Shown one piece after another: positions 18,818-29,106 of a stretch of DNA of 64,000 nucleotides (its first letter is position 1; the number at the start of each line of letters is the position of its first letter). The stretch covers positions 192,001 to 256,000 of the forward strand of contig JBIJDH010000008.1 in the NCBI GenBank assembly GCA_044344255.1, in the 5' to 3' direction. Source of the DNA: Myxococcota bacterium (lineage in GTDB: Bacteria > Myxococcota_A > UBA796 > UBA2385). The position numbers and the translations under genes are program-made. The notes beneath the pieces were generated by a model. The model did no database searches, had not been told where the DNA came from, and worked only from the letters and a program-made list of their open reading frames with translations.

Positions 18818-20226
18818 AGAGGGGGCGCCCCCGCCTGTCGCTCTGCCTCATCGTGCGGGACGAGGCGCGCTTCCTCCAGGGCTGCCTCGCCTCGGTCGCG
18901 GGGCTGGCCGACGAGCTCGTGGTGGTCGACACGGGGAGCACCGACGACACCGTGCAGATCGCCCGCGCCGCGGGAGCGAAGGTCGGCCACTTCACCTGGG
19001 TGAACGACTTCGCCGCCGCCCGCAACCACAGCCTCGACCTCGCGACCGGCGCCTGGGTGCTCCACCTCGACGCCGACGAGCGCCTGGGCCCGAGCGCTGC
19101 CGAGGTCATCGGCGAGGTGCTCGACCAGGACGAGCTCGACTGCGCCTTCCTGCCGCTGCACGACGCCTCCCGCCTCGACGCCACCGCCGAGGAGGTGCTC
19201 TCTGGCGCCGCGCGCCTCCACGCGCCGACGCTGCTCCCCCGACTCTTCCGCCGCCACCCGGAGGCGCGGTACCAGTCGCCCATCCACGAGAACCTCGACG
19301 CGTGGATCACGGCCCCCGGCCGCCGCTACCGGGCGGTCAACGCGCCCATCGTCCATTACGGCGCCGTTGTGGCCCACCGGGCTGACCGCAACAAGTCGGA
19401 TCGGAACCTCAACCTCCTCGCCGCCCGCGTGCAGGCCGCCCCCGATGACGTCCGGAGCCGGGTCTTCCTGGCGCACGAGCTGCAGGGCGCGGGGCGGGTG
19501 GCGGAGGCCTGCGCCGAGATGGTCCGGGCGTGGCGAGACACCGTCGCCGCCCACGCCGAGGGGCGCCGCGGCCCCGCCCTGGCCGCCGTAGACGCCGAGT
19601 TCGTCGGCGGCTGGGGCGCGCTCATGCACCTCGGGGCCGGCGACGCCGACACGGCCCGCGACATGGCCGAGCAAGCCATGGCCTGGGGCGGGGCCCACCC
19701 GAACCTCTCCTTCTCCCGCGGCGTGGTGCGAGAGCTCGCGGCCTGGTCCGAGCCCGATCCCCTCGCCCAGCGGCGCCTGCTGGAGTCCGCGAAGGCCGAC
19801 TATAGCGACGCGCTGGCCGGGGCCGGCCGCGCCTTCTCGATCACGGTGAGCGCAGGGGTCGATGGCCACCAGGCCCGCCTGCGCCGCGGCACCGTCGCCC
19901 TCGGCCTCGGTCTCCCCGCCGAGGCCCTCGAAGACCTCGAGCTCGTCGTGAAGGAGCTCCCCGAGCACATCGACGCTCGATTGGGCATCGCCGAGGCCCA
20001 CCTGCGGCTCGGCGAGCCGCTCAAGGCCCTCGGGCTGGTCAAGCCGCTGCTCGGGCCCACGAACGGCGACGCTTGGCTGATCGCCGCCCTCTGCCTGGAG
20101 GCGATGGGCAAGGCCGATCAGTCGGGGGCCTGGCGCGACCTGGCCCGGAAGCTCCACGCCCAGCGGCCCCTGCGCCCCCACCGCCAGCCGCTGCTCCAGC
20201 CCCGCGCCGACGGCGCCCGCCCATGA
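18814..20226 (+). CDS. Family 2 glycosyltransferase with TPR-like C-terminus
   Basis: LSLCLIVRDE, VVDTGSTDDT, DFAAARN, LDADE, IHE, HYG. GTG start overlaps the previous stop (GTGA). Confidence 0.88.
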   Translation: MKRGRPRLSLCLIVRDEARFLQGCLASVAGLADELVVVDTGSTDDTVQIARAAGAKVGHFTWVNDFAAARNHSLDLATGAWVLHLDADERLGPSAAEVIGEVLDQDELDCAFLPLHDASRLDATAEEVLSGAARLHAPTLLPRLFRRHPEARYQSPIHENLDAWITAPGRRYRAVNAPIVHYGAVVAHRADRNKSDRNLNLLAARVQAAPDDVRSRVFLAHELQGAGRVAEACAEMVRAWRDTVAAHAEGRRGPALAAVDAEFVGGWGALMHLGAGDADTARDMAEQAMAWGGAHPNLSFSRGVVRELAAWSEPDPLAQRRLLESAKADYSDALAGAGRAFSITVSAGVDGHQARLRRGTVALGLGLPAEALEDLELVVKELPEHIDARLGIAEAHLRLGEPLKALGLVKPLLGPTNGDAWLIAALCLEAMGKADQSGAWRDLARKLHAQRPLRPHRQPLLQPRADGARP

Positions 20227-21125
20227 GCGACGAGGTCGTCGCGGCCGAGCTCACGGTGGTCGAGCTCACGGTGGTCGAGCTCACGGTGGTCGAGCTCACG
20301 GTGGCCGAGCTCACGGTGGCCGAGCTCCTCCAAGGGCCCGGCCGCGCCGCGATCGAGGCCCGCCTGCAGCGCCTCGAGCGGGGGCTCCAAGCGGTGCGGG
20401 AGCGCCCGATGCGGCGCACCGTGGTCACCACGGTGGTGAGCGCCCTCGAGGGCGCGGAGCTGGTCGCCTTCCTCGGGCTCCTCCTCGAGCGCAACCTCCA
20501 GGGGCAGGGCACGGCCCGGGCAGTGATGCAGGAGCTCGCGCTCGAGCCCACCGTCTTCGAAGAGATGAGCTACGCGCAGTCCCAAGCGGCCTACCACCTC
20601 GCCCGCGCCGCCGGCCTCGAGCCCATCGCCCGCATGTTCATCCGCGCGACGGGCAACGAGAACCCCACCCTGGACGAGGCCTTCACCGGCAACGACCACC
20701 TCGACATCCCGCTCGGCACGCGACGCACCGCGGCCCGCAGCCGAGACCGCTTCACCCTCGACCGCCTCCTCCACGATCGCGACCAGCGCGTGATCGCCAT
20801 CCTGCTCGACAACCCCCGCATCATCGAGCGGGACGTCGTCACGATCGCCGCGATGCGGCCCACCCGGCCGGAGCTGCTCACGGTCGTGGCCCGTCACCCC
20901 CGCTGGTCGAGCCGGGTCGCCGTGCGCCGGGCCCTGGTCGCCAACCCCTACACGCCGGCCCCGATCGCGCGGCGCCTGCTGCCCACGATGTTGCAACAAG
21001 ACCTCCGCGAGCTCGTGTTCGCCGGCGTCCTGCGCGGCGACCTCCAGGCCCTCGCCCGCAGCCTCGTCCAGCGACCCGCCCAGACCTTCACCCTCGAAGA
21101 GGGCGAGCCGAACGACGCCGGCTGA
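20223..21125 (+). CDS. Hypothetical helical-repeat protein with N-terminal ELTVV repeat
   Basis: ATGA overlap with the GT2 stop. LLDNPR and ALVANPYTP helical-repeat-like motifs. Genome-typical codon usage. Confidence 0.65.
   Translation: MSDEVVAAELTVVELTVVELTVVELTVAELTVAELLQGPGRAAIEARLQRLERGLQAVRERPMRRTVVTTVVSALEGAELVAFLGLLLERNLQGQGTARAVMQELALEPTVFEEMSYAQSQAAYHLARAAGLEPIARMFIRATGNENPTLDEAFTGNDHLDIPLGTRRTAARSRDRFTLDRLLHDRDQRVIAILLDNPRIIERDVVTIAAMRPTRPELLTVVARHPRWSSRVAVRRALVANPYTPAPIARRLLPTMLQQDLRELVFAGVLRGDLQALARSLVQRPAQTFTLEEGEPNDAG
20247..20321 (+). repeat. In-frame 15-nt tandem repeat GAGCTCACGGTGG(T/C)C x5 (ELTVV/ELTVA)
   Basis: Units at 20247, 20262, 20277, 20292, 20307. Confidence 0.95.
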
Positions 21126-21143
21126 GGGCGCGGCGGGCCCTGC

Positions 21144-21380
21144 TCAGCGGCGGATCTCCTCGGCGTCGGCCGGGGAGCGCAGGGTCTCCCGATCGCGGTC
21201 TCGATCGGGGGTCACGTCGATCGCCTTCTCTTCGGGATCTTTCATCCCGTCCTTGAAGGCCTTGACCCCCTTGCCCATCTGCCCGAGCACGTTCGGGAGC
21301 TTGCCGACCCCGAAGAAGATCAGGACGATGGCCAGGACGAGGAGCAGCTCCGTGGTACCGATCATGCCGACTCCGAACAT
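21144..21380 (-). CDS. tatA: Twin-arginine translocase TatA/TatE subunit
   Basis: IGTTELLLVLAIVLIFFGVGKLPNVLGQMGKGVKAFKDG. Confidence 0.93.
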   Translation of the reverse strand: MFGVGMIGTTELLLVLAIVLIFFGVGKLPNVLGQMGKGVKAFKDGMKDPEEKAIDVTPDRDRDRETLRSPADAEEIRR

Positions 21381-21384
21381 GCAT

Positions 21385-22665
21385 TCACCTTTCAGACGAG
21401 AGGAACAGAGCTTCACCCTGGCAGATGACCCCGCGCGCCCGATGCGAGGCGAGGTGCTGGAAGAGGCTGGCGACCTCCGGGGGCTCCCCCGGCGGTGGCT
21501 CCATCAAGGCCATATCACCAACGCCGCCCAGGCCGAGCCAGCCAAGCTCCGGATGGCCGAGCGCGCGCCCCGCGTGGCGGGTGAGGCCGAGCAGGGCCTC
21601 CTCGACGGTGAGCCCCTGGATCAAGCAGGCCAGGGTGCCGATCGCCCACGGATCGTAGACCGGTGAGGAGCCCGGGTTGAGGTCGGTGCCCAGCGCCATC
21701 GGCACCCCGGCCGCGCGCAGCTCGGCCACCGGGGGCGCGCAGTCGCGGAGGTAGAGCTGCGCCCCGGGGAGGAGCACCGCCACCGTGCCGTGATCGGCCA
21801 AAGCCTGCACCCCGGCGGCGTCGATCCGCTCGAGGTGATCGACGCTCACCGCCCCGAGCGCGGCCGCGGCCGCCGCGACCCCCGTGTAGGCCACCTGCTC
21901 GGCGTGGGCCTTCACGCGGAGGCCCCGGGCCCGCCCGGCGGAGAGGATCTCGACCGCCTCATCGAGGGTGAAGGCGCCCCGATCGCAGTAGACGTCGATG
22001 GCCTCGGCGTGGGGCGCGCAGCGGGGGAGCTGCTCGTCGATGATCTGGCGCACGTAGGCCGCGCGGTCGCCCCGGAGCTCGGCGGGGAGGGTGTGGGCGC
22101 CGAGGAAGGTGGGGATCACCCGCAGGGGCCCGGCGCAGTCGGCGGCGGCCTGGAGCATGCGCAGCTCGACCTCGGGATCGAGCCCGTAGCCGCTCTTCAC
22201 CTCCACCGTGGTGACCCCGCGCCGGAGCAGGTGGTCGAGGCGGGCGCGACCGAGGGCGGCGAGGCCAGCGCGGCTGGCGGCCCGGGTGGCCCGGACGGTG
22301 GAGAGGATGCCGCCGCCGGCCTCGAGGAGCTCCGAGTAGCTGCGGCCGGCGAGGCGCTGCTCGAATTCGACCGCCCGGCTGCCGGCCCAGATCGCGTGGG
22401 TGTGCGGGTCTACGAGGCCGGGGAGGCCGATGAGGCCGCGGCCGTCGATGACCCGGTCGGCATCGGGGGCGCGGGCCGCCTCACCGATGAAGCTCACCCG
22501 ACCGTCGCGGAAGGCGACGCTCGCCCCCCGGAGGAGCCCGAGCCCGGGGAGGGAGGGGTCACAGGTGTAGAGGGTGGCGAGGTCGTGGACGAGCAGGTCG
22601 GCGCGACCGCGCTCCGGGAGAGCGCCGTCGGGGCGATCGTGCGGGGTCTGGGGCGCGTCGTTCAT
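21385..22665 (-). CDS. hutI: Imidazolonepropionase
   Basis: PGLVDPHTH, GGGILSTVRATR, EVKSGYGL, FLGAH, HAEQ, DHLE, ALGTDLNPGSSP. Confidence 0.95.
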   Translation of the reverse strand: MNDAPQTPHDRPDGALPERGRADLLVHDLATLYTCDPSLPGLGLLRGASVAFRDGRVSFIGEAARAPDADRVIDGRGLIGLPGLVDPHTHAIWAGSRAVEFEQRLAGRSYSELLEAGGGILSTVRATRAASRAGLAALGRARLDHLLRRGVTTVEVKSGYGLDPEVELRMLQAAADCAGPLRVIPTFLGAHTLPAELRGDRAAYVRQIIDEQLPRCAPHAEAIDVYCDRGAFTLDEAVEILSAGRARGLRVKAHAEQVAYTGVAAAAAALGAVSVDHLERIDAAGVQALADHGTVAVLLPGAQLYLRDCAPPVAELRAAGVPMALGTDLNPGSSPVYDPWAIGTLACLIQGLTVEEALLGLTRHAGRALGHPELGWLGLGGVGDMALMEPPPGEPPEVASLFQHLASHRARGVICQGEALFLSSER

Positions 22666-22700
22666 GGCGGAGGGGCCTCCTCGTATCCGGCCTCGAAGGC

Positions 22701-22748
22701 CGCTGGGGCACTGGGCCGCTGGGGCGCTGGGGCGCTGGGGCGCTGGGC
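22701..22748. repeat. 8-nt tandem repeat (CGCTGGGG)x6, two copies degenerate
   Basis: Units at 22701, 22709, 22717, 22725, 22733, 22741, upstream of hutI. Confidence 0.9.
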
Positions 22749-22756
22749 GGCGCCCT

Positions 22757-23638
22757 TCAGCGTTTCTTCGCCACGACCAGCATCACGTCGCGCGGATCGA
22801 GGTGGGCCGATCGCCCGCCGATCGCCCCTCTCCCGAGCCGGGCCAGGGGGCGGGCCGCAGCGCCGAACATCCGCTGCAGGCGGTTGGTGACGAGCCGGAT
22901 GCTGACGTCGCGGCCGACGGTGCCGGCTTCGAGGGTGTGGAAGCCCTCCCGATCGAGCAGGCGGCGCAGCGTCTCTTCGGTGAAGAACCACGCGTGCTCC
23001 GGAATGATCTGCCGCCATCGCGCGCCCAAGAGCCGAAACCAGGGGTTGTCGAGGGTGGGCGTCTCGATGAGGAAGAGGCCCCCGGGGCGGAGCAGCTCGG
23101 CCACCCGCGCGACCTCGGCGCAAGGATCGGGCAGGTGCTCGATGACGTGCAGCATCACCACGACGTCGAAGGAGGCGGGCGCGTACCCCGCCTCCGCCAG
23201 CGTGCCCGGGAAGAGCGTGACCCCGTGCTCCGACCGGGCCACCTCGACGAGGCGACGGTTCGGCTCCACCCCGGCGACCTCGAAGCCGCGCGCTCTCGCC
23301 AGAGCGAGGAGCTGGCCGTCGCTCGCGCCCACCTCGAGGAGCCGCCGACCCGGGGCGTGTCGCTGCAGCGCGTCGAGGCGCCGCCGCAGGCCGGCCGCGC
23401 GGTTCTCGCGCTCCGCCGCCTCGACCTCAGGGTCCAGGAACAAGCTGCGACGGGCCTCCTCGGCGATGCGCTCCGCGGCGGCGTCGGCCGAGTGGCCGCC
23501 CTCCCCCATCTGGAAGCGGCCCTCCGACTCGACGCGCACGAGGCCACAGCCCGCGCAGCGCAGGAGCGGCCCGTCGAGCTTGGGGCTGCGGAGGAGCTCG
23601 ACGGCCTCGGTCGAGGCGCAGAGGACACAGGGCTTCAC
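22757..23638 (-). CDS. Class I SAM-dependent methyltransferase with N-terminal CxxC...CxxC
   Basis: CVLC...CAGC, LLEVGASDG, GVEP, FDVVVMLHVIEHLPDP, LRPGG, PEH. GGAG RBS before GTG 23638. Confidence 0.85.
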   Translation of the reverse strand: MKPCVLCASTEAVELLRSPKLDGPLLRCAGCGLVRVESEGRFQMGEGGHSADAAAERIAEEARRSLFLDPEVEAAERENRAAGLRRRLDALQRHAPGRRLLEVGASDGQLLALARARGFEVAGVEPNRRLVEVARSEHGVTLFPGTLAEAGYAPASFDVVVMLHVIEHLPDPCAEVARVAELLRPGGLFLIETPTLDNPWFRLLGARWRQIIPEHAWFFTEETLRRLLDREGFHTLEAGTVGRDVSIRLVTNRLQRMFGAAARPLARLGRGAIGGRSAHLDPRDVMLVVAKKR

Positions 23639-23746
23639 GGCGGACTCCTGGTCTGGCGAGCGGCGGGTGCGCGCAGGGTCTGAGGAGAAGAGGTCGGGTG
23701 TTATCATGCCGGACCCGCCGCAACCGTCGGCCGACCCGGACCTGTC

Positions 23747-25216
23747 ATGACCCGCCTCCCCGTCGTCGGCCCCTGTCTCGGCCTCCTCCTCGGCTGCGCG
23801 AACGCCGCGCCTTCGGGCGCGCCGCCCCGCCCGCCGACGACCACCCCGCCGACGACCGCCCCACCATCGGCCGCCCCGCCGACCTCCGAAGCCCCCGCCG
23901 CCTCGCTCGCCGCCCCACCGGCCGCGCCGAGCCGCCCGCGTGGCGCCACCACCTTCGGCGTGAACGATCCCATCACCATCCCCAAGCTCTTCATCGACCG
24001 GGGCGACTACCCTCGGGAGCGGGAGCCCCTCATGCTCGCCGCGAACGCCGCCCTGGTCGTTTCGGTGGGAGCGCGGGCGGTGCGGGGCTCCACCCCCGTC
24101 TATCCCTACCTTGACCATTCCACCTTGATCGCCAACAATTGGGACTGGACCCGCCCCGACAACTGGGCGCGCGCGGTCGGCGAGGCGGGCCTCGAGCCCC
24201 TGCTCATGCTTGGCCCCTGGCCTGGCAACAAGACGGCCGGCTACACCGATCAGTACGTGCCGAGCGACATGGCCGCCTATCAGGCCTATGTCCGCCGCGT
24301 GGTCGAGCGGTACGACGGGGATGGCACCGACGACATGCCCGGCCTCTCGGTGGCGGTGAAGGTGTGGGAGGTCGACAACGAGCCCGATCTCCACAACACC
24401 CGCCCGCCCAAGGGGATGACCTCGAAGGTCGAGCCGAAGGACTTCGAGAAGCCCTCCGAATACGCCCGCGTGCTCGTCGCCACCGCCGCCGCCATCCGGG
24501 AGGCCGATCCCACCGCCAAGGTGGCGTCGGCCGGCTTCTATGGCTCGGCCATCGTGTCGGGACAGGACTACATGCGGGCGGTCTTTCGGGAGCCCGGCGC
24601 CCTCGCGGCCATCGACATCATCAACGTCCACTGCTACTTCGACACCAACAACCTCGACGCCATCGAGAAGAGCCTCGCCATCGCCAAGGAGGTCGCACCG
24701 GGGCGGCCGATCTGGGTGACCGAGACGAGCGTGCCCTCCGACAAACGAAAACCCTGGGCGGACGAGGCCTGGCAGGCCCGGATGGTGGCCGCGGTCTATG
24801 GCGCCTATCTGGCCGGCGGCGCCGAGCGGATCTTCTGGCACACCTTGGCCGATCCCCCGCCCAACCCGAACGCACCGCACTCCTCGTTCAGCACCAACTC
24901 CCTGTTCCGGCGCACACCCCCGCCCGGCGGTGCCAGCGGCTCGGGCCCCCGGAAGGGGGGCGGCGTGGAGGAGAAGCCCGCGGCCCAGGTGTACAAGCGC
25001 CTCGCCGCCCACATGGCGGGCCTGGACCCCTCCGCCCTGCGCGAGGAGCCGGCGTCCGGGGGCCGCCTGCTCTGGACCGGCCAGGGCTGGCTGGCCTTTT
25101 GGGGCACCCCACAGGTGCCCTCCAACGGGGGCGTCGTCGAAGACCTGCTGACCGGCACCACCACCGCGGGCCTGAGCGAGGTGGTGGCCCCGGCCTGGAT
25201 CACGCCGCGCCCCTGA
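23747..25216 (+). CDS. Lipoprotein with clan GH-A glycoside hydrolase domain (GH39/GH5-like)
   Basis: Lipobox LLGC, Pro/Ala linker, VVERYDGDG, WEVDNEPD (acid/base), NVHCY, IWVTETS (nucleophile). Confidence 0.75.
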   Translation: MTRLPVVGPCLGLLLGCANAAPSGAPPRPPTTTPPTTAPPSAAPPTSEAPAASLAAPPAAPSRPRGATTFGVNDPITIPKLFIDRGDYPREREPLMLAANAALVVSVGARAVRGSTPVYPYLDHSTLIANNWDWTRPDNWARAVGEAGLEPLLMLGPWPGNKTAGYTDQYVPSDMAAYQAYVRRVVERYDGDGTDDMPGLSVAVKVWEVDNEPDLHNTRPPKGMTSKVEPKDFEKPSEYARVLVATAAAIREADPTAKVASAGFYGSAIVSGQDYMRAVFREPGALAAIDIINVHCYFDTNNLDAIEKSLAIAKEVAPGRPIWVTETSVPSDKRKPWADEAWQARMVAAVYGAYLAGGAERIFWHTLADPPPNPNAPHSSFSTNSLFRRTPPPGGASGSGPRKGGGVEEKPAAQVYKRLAAHMAGLDPSALREEPASGGRLLWTGQGWLAFWGTPQVPSNGGVVEDLLTGTTTAGLSEVVAPAWITPRP

Positions 25217-25287
25217 GCGCCGCCGCGCGTCGCGGCTGAGGAGAGCGACCGCCCGGTCCGGCAGGCCTTCGCATCGGCGCCCCGCGG

Positions 25288-25305
25288 CTGCCATCGAGCT
25301 GTCAC
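25288..25305 (+). promoter_or_regulatory. Pho box-like PhoB binding site
   Basis: CTGCCAT-CGAG-CTGTCAC (two half-sites, 11-nt period) 37 nt upstream of pstS. Compare the E. coli consensus CTGTCAT-N4-CTGTCAY. Confidence 0.7.
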
Positions 25306-25342
25306 ACAAGAGGTTTAGATCCGGCGCCACCCCGGAGGTCCC

Positions 25343-26500
25343 ATGATCCGCCCGCGCTCCCTCGCCCTCCTCCCCCTGCTGGCCCTCGCCTGCTCGAACC
25401 AGCCCGCCGGCGATGGCGCCAAGAAGGGCCCCGAGGTGCCCGCCGAGGCCCCGAAGAAGGTCGACGCCGCGCCGATCGTCATCGACGGCTCCAGCACGGT
25501 CTACCCGATCACGGAGGCCGTGGCCGAGGAGTTCCAGAAGACCCACCCCGGCGTGAAGGTCACCATCGGCGTGAGCGGCACCGGCGGCGGCATGAAGAAG
25601 CTCTGCGCCGGTGAGCTCGCCATCGCGGGCGCCTCCCGCCCGATCAAGACGAGCGAGGCCGAGGCCTGCAAGGCCGCCGGCATCGAGCTCATCGAGCTCC
25701 CCGTGGCCTACGACGGCCTCGCCATCCTGGTCAACCCCCAGAACACCTGGGTCGACAGCATGACGGTGGCCGAGCTCAAGGCGCTCTGGGCCCCCGAGGC
25801 CCAGGGTAAGGTCAAGACCTGGGCCGACGTCCGGAAGGGCTGGCCCAAGGAGGAGATCCATCTCTTCGGCGCTGGCGTCGACTCCGGCACCTATGACTAC
25901 TTCACCCAGGCCATCGTGGGCGAAGAGCACAAGAGCCGCGGCGACTTCACGAGCAGCGAGGACGACAACGTGCTCGTCCAGGGCATCGGCTCCGACAAGC
26001 TGGCGCTCGGCTTCTTCGGCTACGCCTACTTCGAGCAGAACCAGGACAAGCTGAAGCTCGTCCCCGTGGATGACGGCGTCGCCGACAACGGCGCCGGCCC
26101 GATCTCGCCCTCCCCGATCACCGTGCGCGACGGCACCTATCAACCCCTGTCCCGCCCGCTCTTCATCTACGTGAGCGTGAAGGCCGCGGCGCGCCCCGAG
26201 GTCAAGGACTTCATCCACTACTACCTCGGCGAGGGCCACAAGCTGGTCGCCGAGACGGGCTACATCGCCCTCCCCGACTCGGCCTACACGCTCGTCAACG
26301 CCCGCTTCGACCAGGGCAAGACGGGCTCGGCCTTCTCGGGTGGGAGCAAGACCGGCGTGACGATCGAGCAGCTCCTCCAGGCTGAAGGCGCGGCCGCCCC
26401 GGCCGACCCTGCGGCCGCCCCGGCTGACCCTGCTGCCACCCCGGGCGCCCCCGCCGCCGCCCCTGCCGCCGCTCCGGCCACCCCGGCCGCGAAGCCCTGA
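25343..26500 (+). CDS. pstS: Phosphate ABC transporter substrate-binding lipoprotein
   Basis: Lipobox [50 protein letters not shown]. Confidence 0.95.
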   Translation: MIRPRSLALLPLLALACSNQPAGDGAKKGPEVPAEAPKKVDAAPIVIDGSSTVYPITEAVAEEFQKTHPGVKVTIGVSGTGGGMKKLCAGELAIAGASRPIKTSEAEACKAAGIELIELPVAYDGLAILVNPQNTWVDSMTVAELKALWAPEAQGKVKTWADVRKGWPKEEIHLFGAGVDSGTYDYFTQAIVGEEHKSRGDFTSSEDDNVLVQGIGSDKLALGFFGYAYFEQNQDKLKLVPVDDGVADNGAGPISPSPITVRDGTYQPLSRPLFIYVSVKAAARPEVKDFIHYYLGEGHKLVAETGYIALPDSAYTLVNARFDQGKTGSAFSGGSKTGVTIEQLLQAEGAAAPADPAAAPADPAATPGAPAAAPAAAPATPAAKP

Positions 26501-27423
26501 TGTCCTCCGGAGGCGAGGCCGCCGGGCGCTTCAACACGAAGAGCGGCGCACACCCGCTCGGCGAGCGCATCGTCGAGGGGGCGCTCCTCCTCTGCGGTGT
26601 CCTCTCCGTGCTGACCACCGCGGGCATCATCACGGTGCTGGCGCAGGAGACCTGGGCCTTCTTCGCAGAGGTGGGCGTCGCCGCCTTCCTCTTCGACACC
26701 CAGTGGACCCCCCTCTTCTCCGACGCCCACTTCGGCATCTGGCCCCTCGTCTCCGGCACCTTCCTGACCAGCGCCATCGCGATCGCGGTGGCGCTGCCCT
26801 TCGGCTTGTTGGCCGCGATCTACCTCTCCGAGTTCGCGCCCCCGAAGCTCCGGCGGGTCCTCAAGCCCATGCTCGAGCTGCTCGCCGGCGTCCCCACCGT
26901 GGTCTTCGGCTACTTCGCGCTGGTCACCGTGACCCCCGCCCTCCAAAAGGTGATCCCGAACCTCGCCGGCTTCAACTCGCTGTCGGCAGGCATCGTGATG
27001 GGGGTGATGATCATCCCGATGATCTCGTCGCTCTCCGAAGACGCCCTCTTCGCCGTCCCGCGCAGCTTGAGGGAGGGGGCGTGGGCCCTCGGCGCCGGCA
27101 AGCTGCCCACGCTCTTCCGGGTCGTGCTGCCCGCCGCGCGCTCCGGGGTGCTGGCCGCCCTCACGCTCGCGGTCTCGCGGGCCGTGGGCGAGACGATGAT
27201 CGTCGCCATCGCCGCCGGTCAGCAGCCCCGGCTGACCCTCGACCCCCGCGTCCCCCTCGAGACGATGACCGCCTACATCGTCCAGGTGAGCATGGGTGAC
27301 CTCCCGCACGGCACCCTCGGCTACCGCACGATCTTCGCGGTGGGCTCCGCGCTCTTCCTCATGACCTTCACGATGAACATCTTCGGTCAGCGCCTCGCGG
27401 CGAAGGCGCGGAGGCTCGGATGA
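26500..27423 (+). CDS. pstC: Phosphate ABC transporter permease
   Basis: [38 protein letters not shown]. Confidence 0.95.
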   Translation: MSSGGEAAGRFNTKSGAHPLGERIVEGALLLCGVLSVLTTAGIITVLAQETWAFFAEVGVAAFLFDTQWTPLFSDAHFGIWPLVSGTFLTSAIAIAVALPFGLLAAIYLSEFAPPKLRRVLKPMLELLAGVPTVVFGYFALVTVTPALQKVIPNLAGFNSLSAGIVMGVMIIPMISSLSEDALFAVPRSLREGAWALGAGKLPTLFRVVLPAARSGVLAALTLAVSRAVGETMIVAIAAGQQPRLTLDPRVPLETMTAYIVQVSMGDLPHGTLGYRTIFAVGSALFLMTFTMNIFGQRLAAKARRLG

Positions 27424-28292
27424 GCGCCCTCTCCACCGAGCATCGGCGCGGAGATCGCCGGGCGGAGCGGGCCTTCGAGTGGCTCTGCCTCGCCGCCGTC
27501 GTGCTCCCCCTCGGCCTGCTCGGCTTCCTGCTCATCGAGGGCCTCCGAGACGGGATCTCCCGCCTCAGCCTCGACTTCCTGACCAGCTACCCCTCCCGGA
27601 AGTGGGAGGAGGCGGGCGTGTTGCCCTCGCTGGTCGGCAGCGTGTACCTCCTCGTGCTCACCGCGGCGATCGCGCTGCCGATCGGCGTCGGCGCGGCCGT
27701 CTACCTCGAGGAGTACGGCAAACAGGGCCGGCTCGCGCGCGTCATCGAGATCAACATCGCCAACCTCGCCGGCGTGCCCTCGATCCTCTACGGTCTGCTC
27801 GGGCTCGGTGTCTTCGTGCGAGCCCTCGGTATGGGCCGCAGCCTGATCGCCGGGGCCTGCACCCTCGCCCTGCTCGTGTTGCCCATCGTCATCTTGTCCA
27901 CCCGAGAGGCGCTGCGCACGGTGCCGAACAGCCTCCGCGAGGCCGCGCTCGCCCTCGGCGCCACCCGCTGGCAGGCGATCCGCCAGGTGGTGCTGCCGAT
28001 GGCCTTCCCCGGCATCCTGACCGGCGCCATCCTCGCCGTGTCCCGGGCCATCGGCGAGACCGCCCCCCTGGTCGTCGTGGGCGCCCTCACCTACGTCACC
28101 TTCCTGCCCGACGGCCTCGACGCCCCCTTCACCGCCTTGCCGATCCAGATCTTCAACTGGGTCAGCCGCCCCCAGAAGGGCTTCCTCACGGACGCCGCAG
28201 CCGCGATCACCGTGCTACTCGCCACCTTGCTCCTCATCAACCTCAGCGCCATCCTGCTAAGAGACCGGCTGCAGAAGCGCCTGAACGGGTAG
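27420..28292 (+). CDS. pstA: Phosphate ABC transporter permease
   Basis: [42 protein letters not shown] overlap with pstC. Confidence 0.95.
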   Translation: MSALSTEHRRGDRRAERAFEWLCLAAVVLPLGLLGFLLIEGLRDGISRLSLDFLTSYPSRKWEEAGVLPSLVGSVYLLVLTAAIALPIGVGAAVYLEEYGKQGRLARVIEINIANLAGVPSILYGLLGLGVFVRALGMGRSLIAGACTLALLVLPIVILSTREALRTVPNSLREAALALGATRWQAIRQVVLPMAFPGILTGAILAVSRAIGETAPLVVVGALTYVTFLPDGLDAPFTALPIQIFNWVSRPQKGFLTDAAAAITVLLATLLLINLSAILLRDRLQKRLNG

Positions 28293-28297
28293 GAACC

Positions 28298-29089
28298 GTG
28301 GAAAAAGCACCGATCTCCGCACCCAGCTCACGCCCACCCAAGTACGCGGTGAGCGCGCTGCGCGCCGGATTTGGCGCGGCGGAGGTGTTGAAGGGCATCG
28401 ACCTCGACCTCCCCGAGAAGACGGTCACCGCGATCATCGGGCCCTCGGGCTGCGGGAAATCTACCTTCATCCGCACCCTCAACCGCATGCACGAGCTCGT
28501 GCCGGGGGCCTGGGCCAAGGGCCGGATCGAGCTCGACGGCGAGGACATCCAGGGCGCGGAGGTCGATCCCGTTCTGCTGCGGCGCCGGGTGGGGATGGTC
28601 TTCCAAAAGCCGAACCCCTTCCCGACGATGAGCATCCGCGAGAACACCCTCGCCGGCCTCCGCCTCACACACCGGCTCAAGCGCGCCGACGCCGACGGGG
28701 TCCTCGAGCGGGCCCTCAGCCAGGCCGCCCTCTGGGGCGAGGTCAAGGACCGCCTCGACGCCCCGGGCATGAGCCTGTCGGGCGGCCAGCAGCAGCGGCT
28801 CTGCATCGCGCGCGCCCTCGCCGTCGATCCCGACGTCCTCCTGATGGACGAGCCCTGCTCGGCGCTCGACCCCATCGCCACCGCCCGCATCGAAGATCTC
28901 CTCCACGAGCTGCAGGAGCGCTACACCATCGTCATCGTGACCCACTCCATGCAGCAGGCGGCCCGGGTCTCCAAGCGCACCGCCTTCTTCCTGATGGGCG
29001 AGCTCGTGGAGCTCGATGACACCGACAAGGTGTTCTCAGCACCCACCGATTCGCGCACCGAGGACTACATCACGGGGCGCTTCGGGTAG
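28298..29089 (+). CDS. pstB: Phosphate ABC transporter ATP-binding protein
   Basis: [53 protein letters not shown] start after AGGA. Confidence 0.96.
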   Translation: MEKAPISAPSSRPPKYAVSALRAGFGAAEVLKGIDLDLPEKTVTAIIGPSGCGKSTFIRTLNRMHELVPGAWAKGRIELDGEDIQGAEVDPVLLRRRVGMVFQKPNPFPTMSIRENTLAGLRLTHRLKRADADGVLERALSQAALWGEVKDRLDAPGMSLSGGQQQRLCIARALAVDPDVLLMDEPCSALDPIATARIEDLLHELQERYTIVIVTHSMQQAARVSKRTAFFLMGELVELDDTDKVFSAPTDSRTEDYITGRFG

Positions 29090-29106
29090 GCTGCTCTCTT
29101 TGTGGG

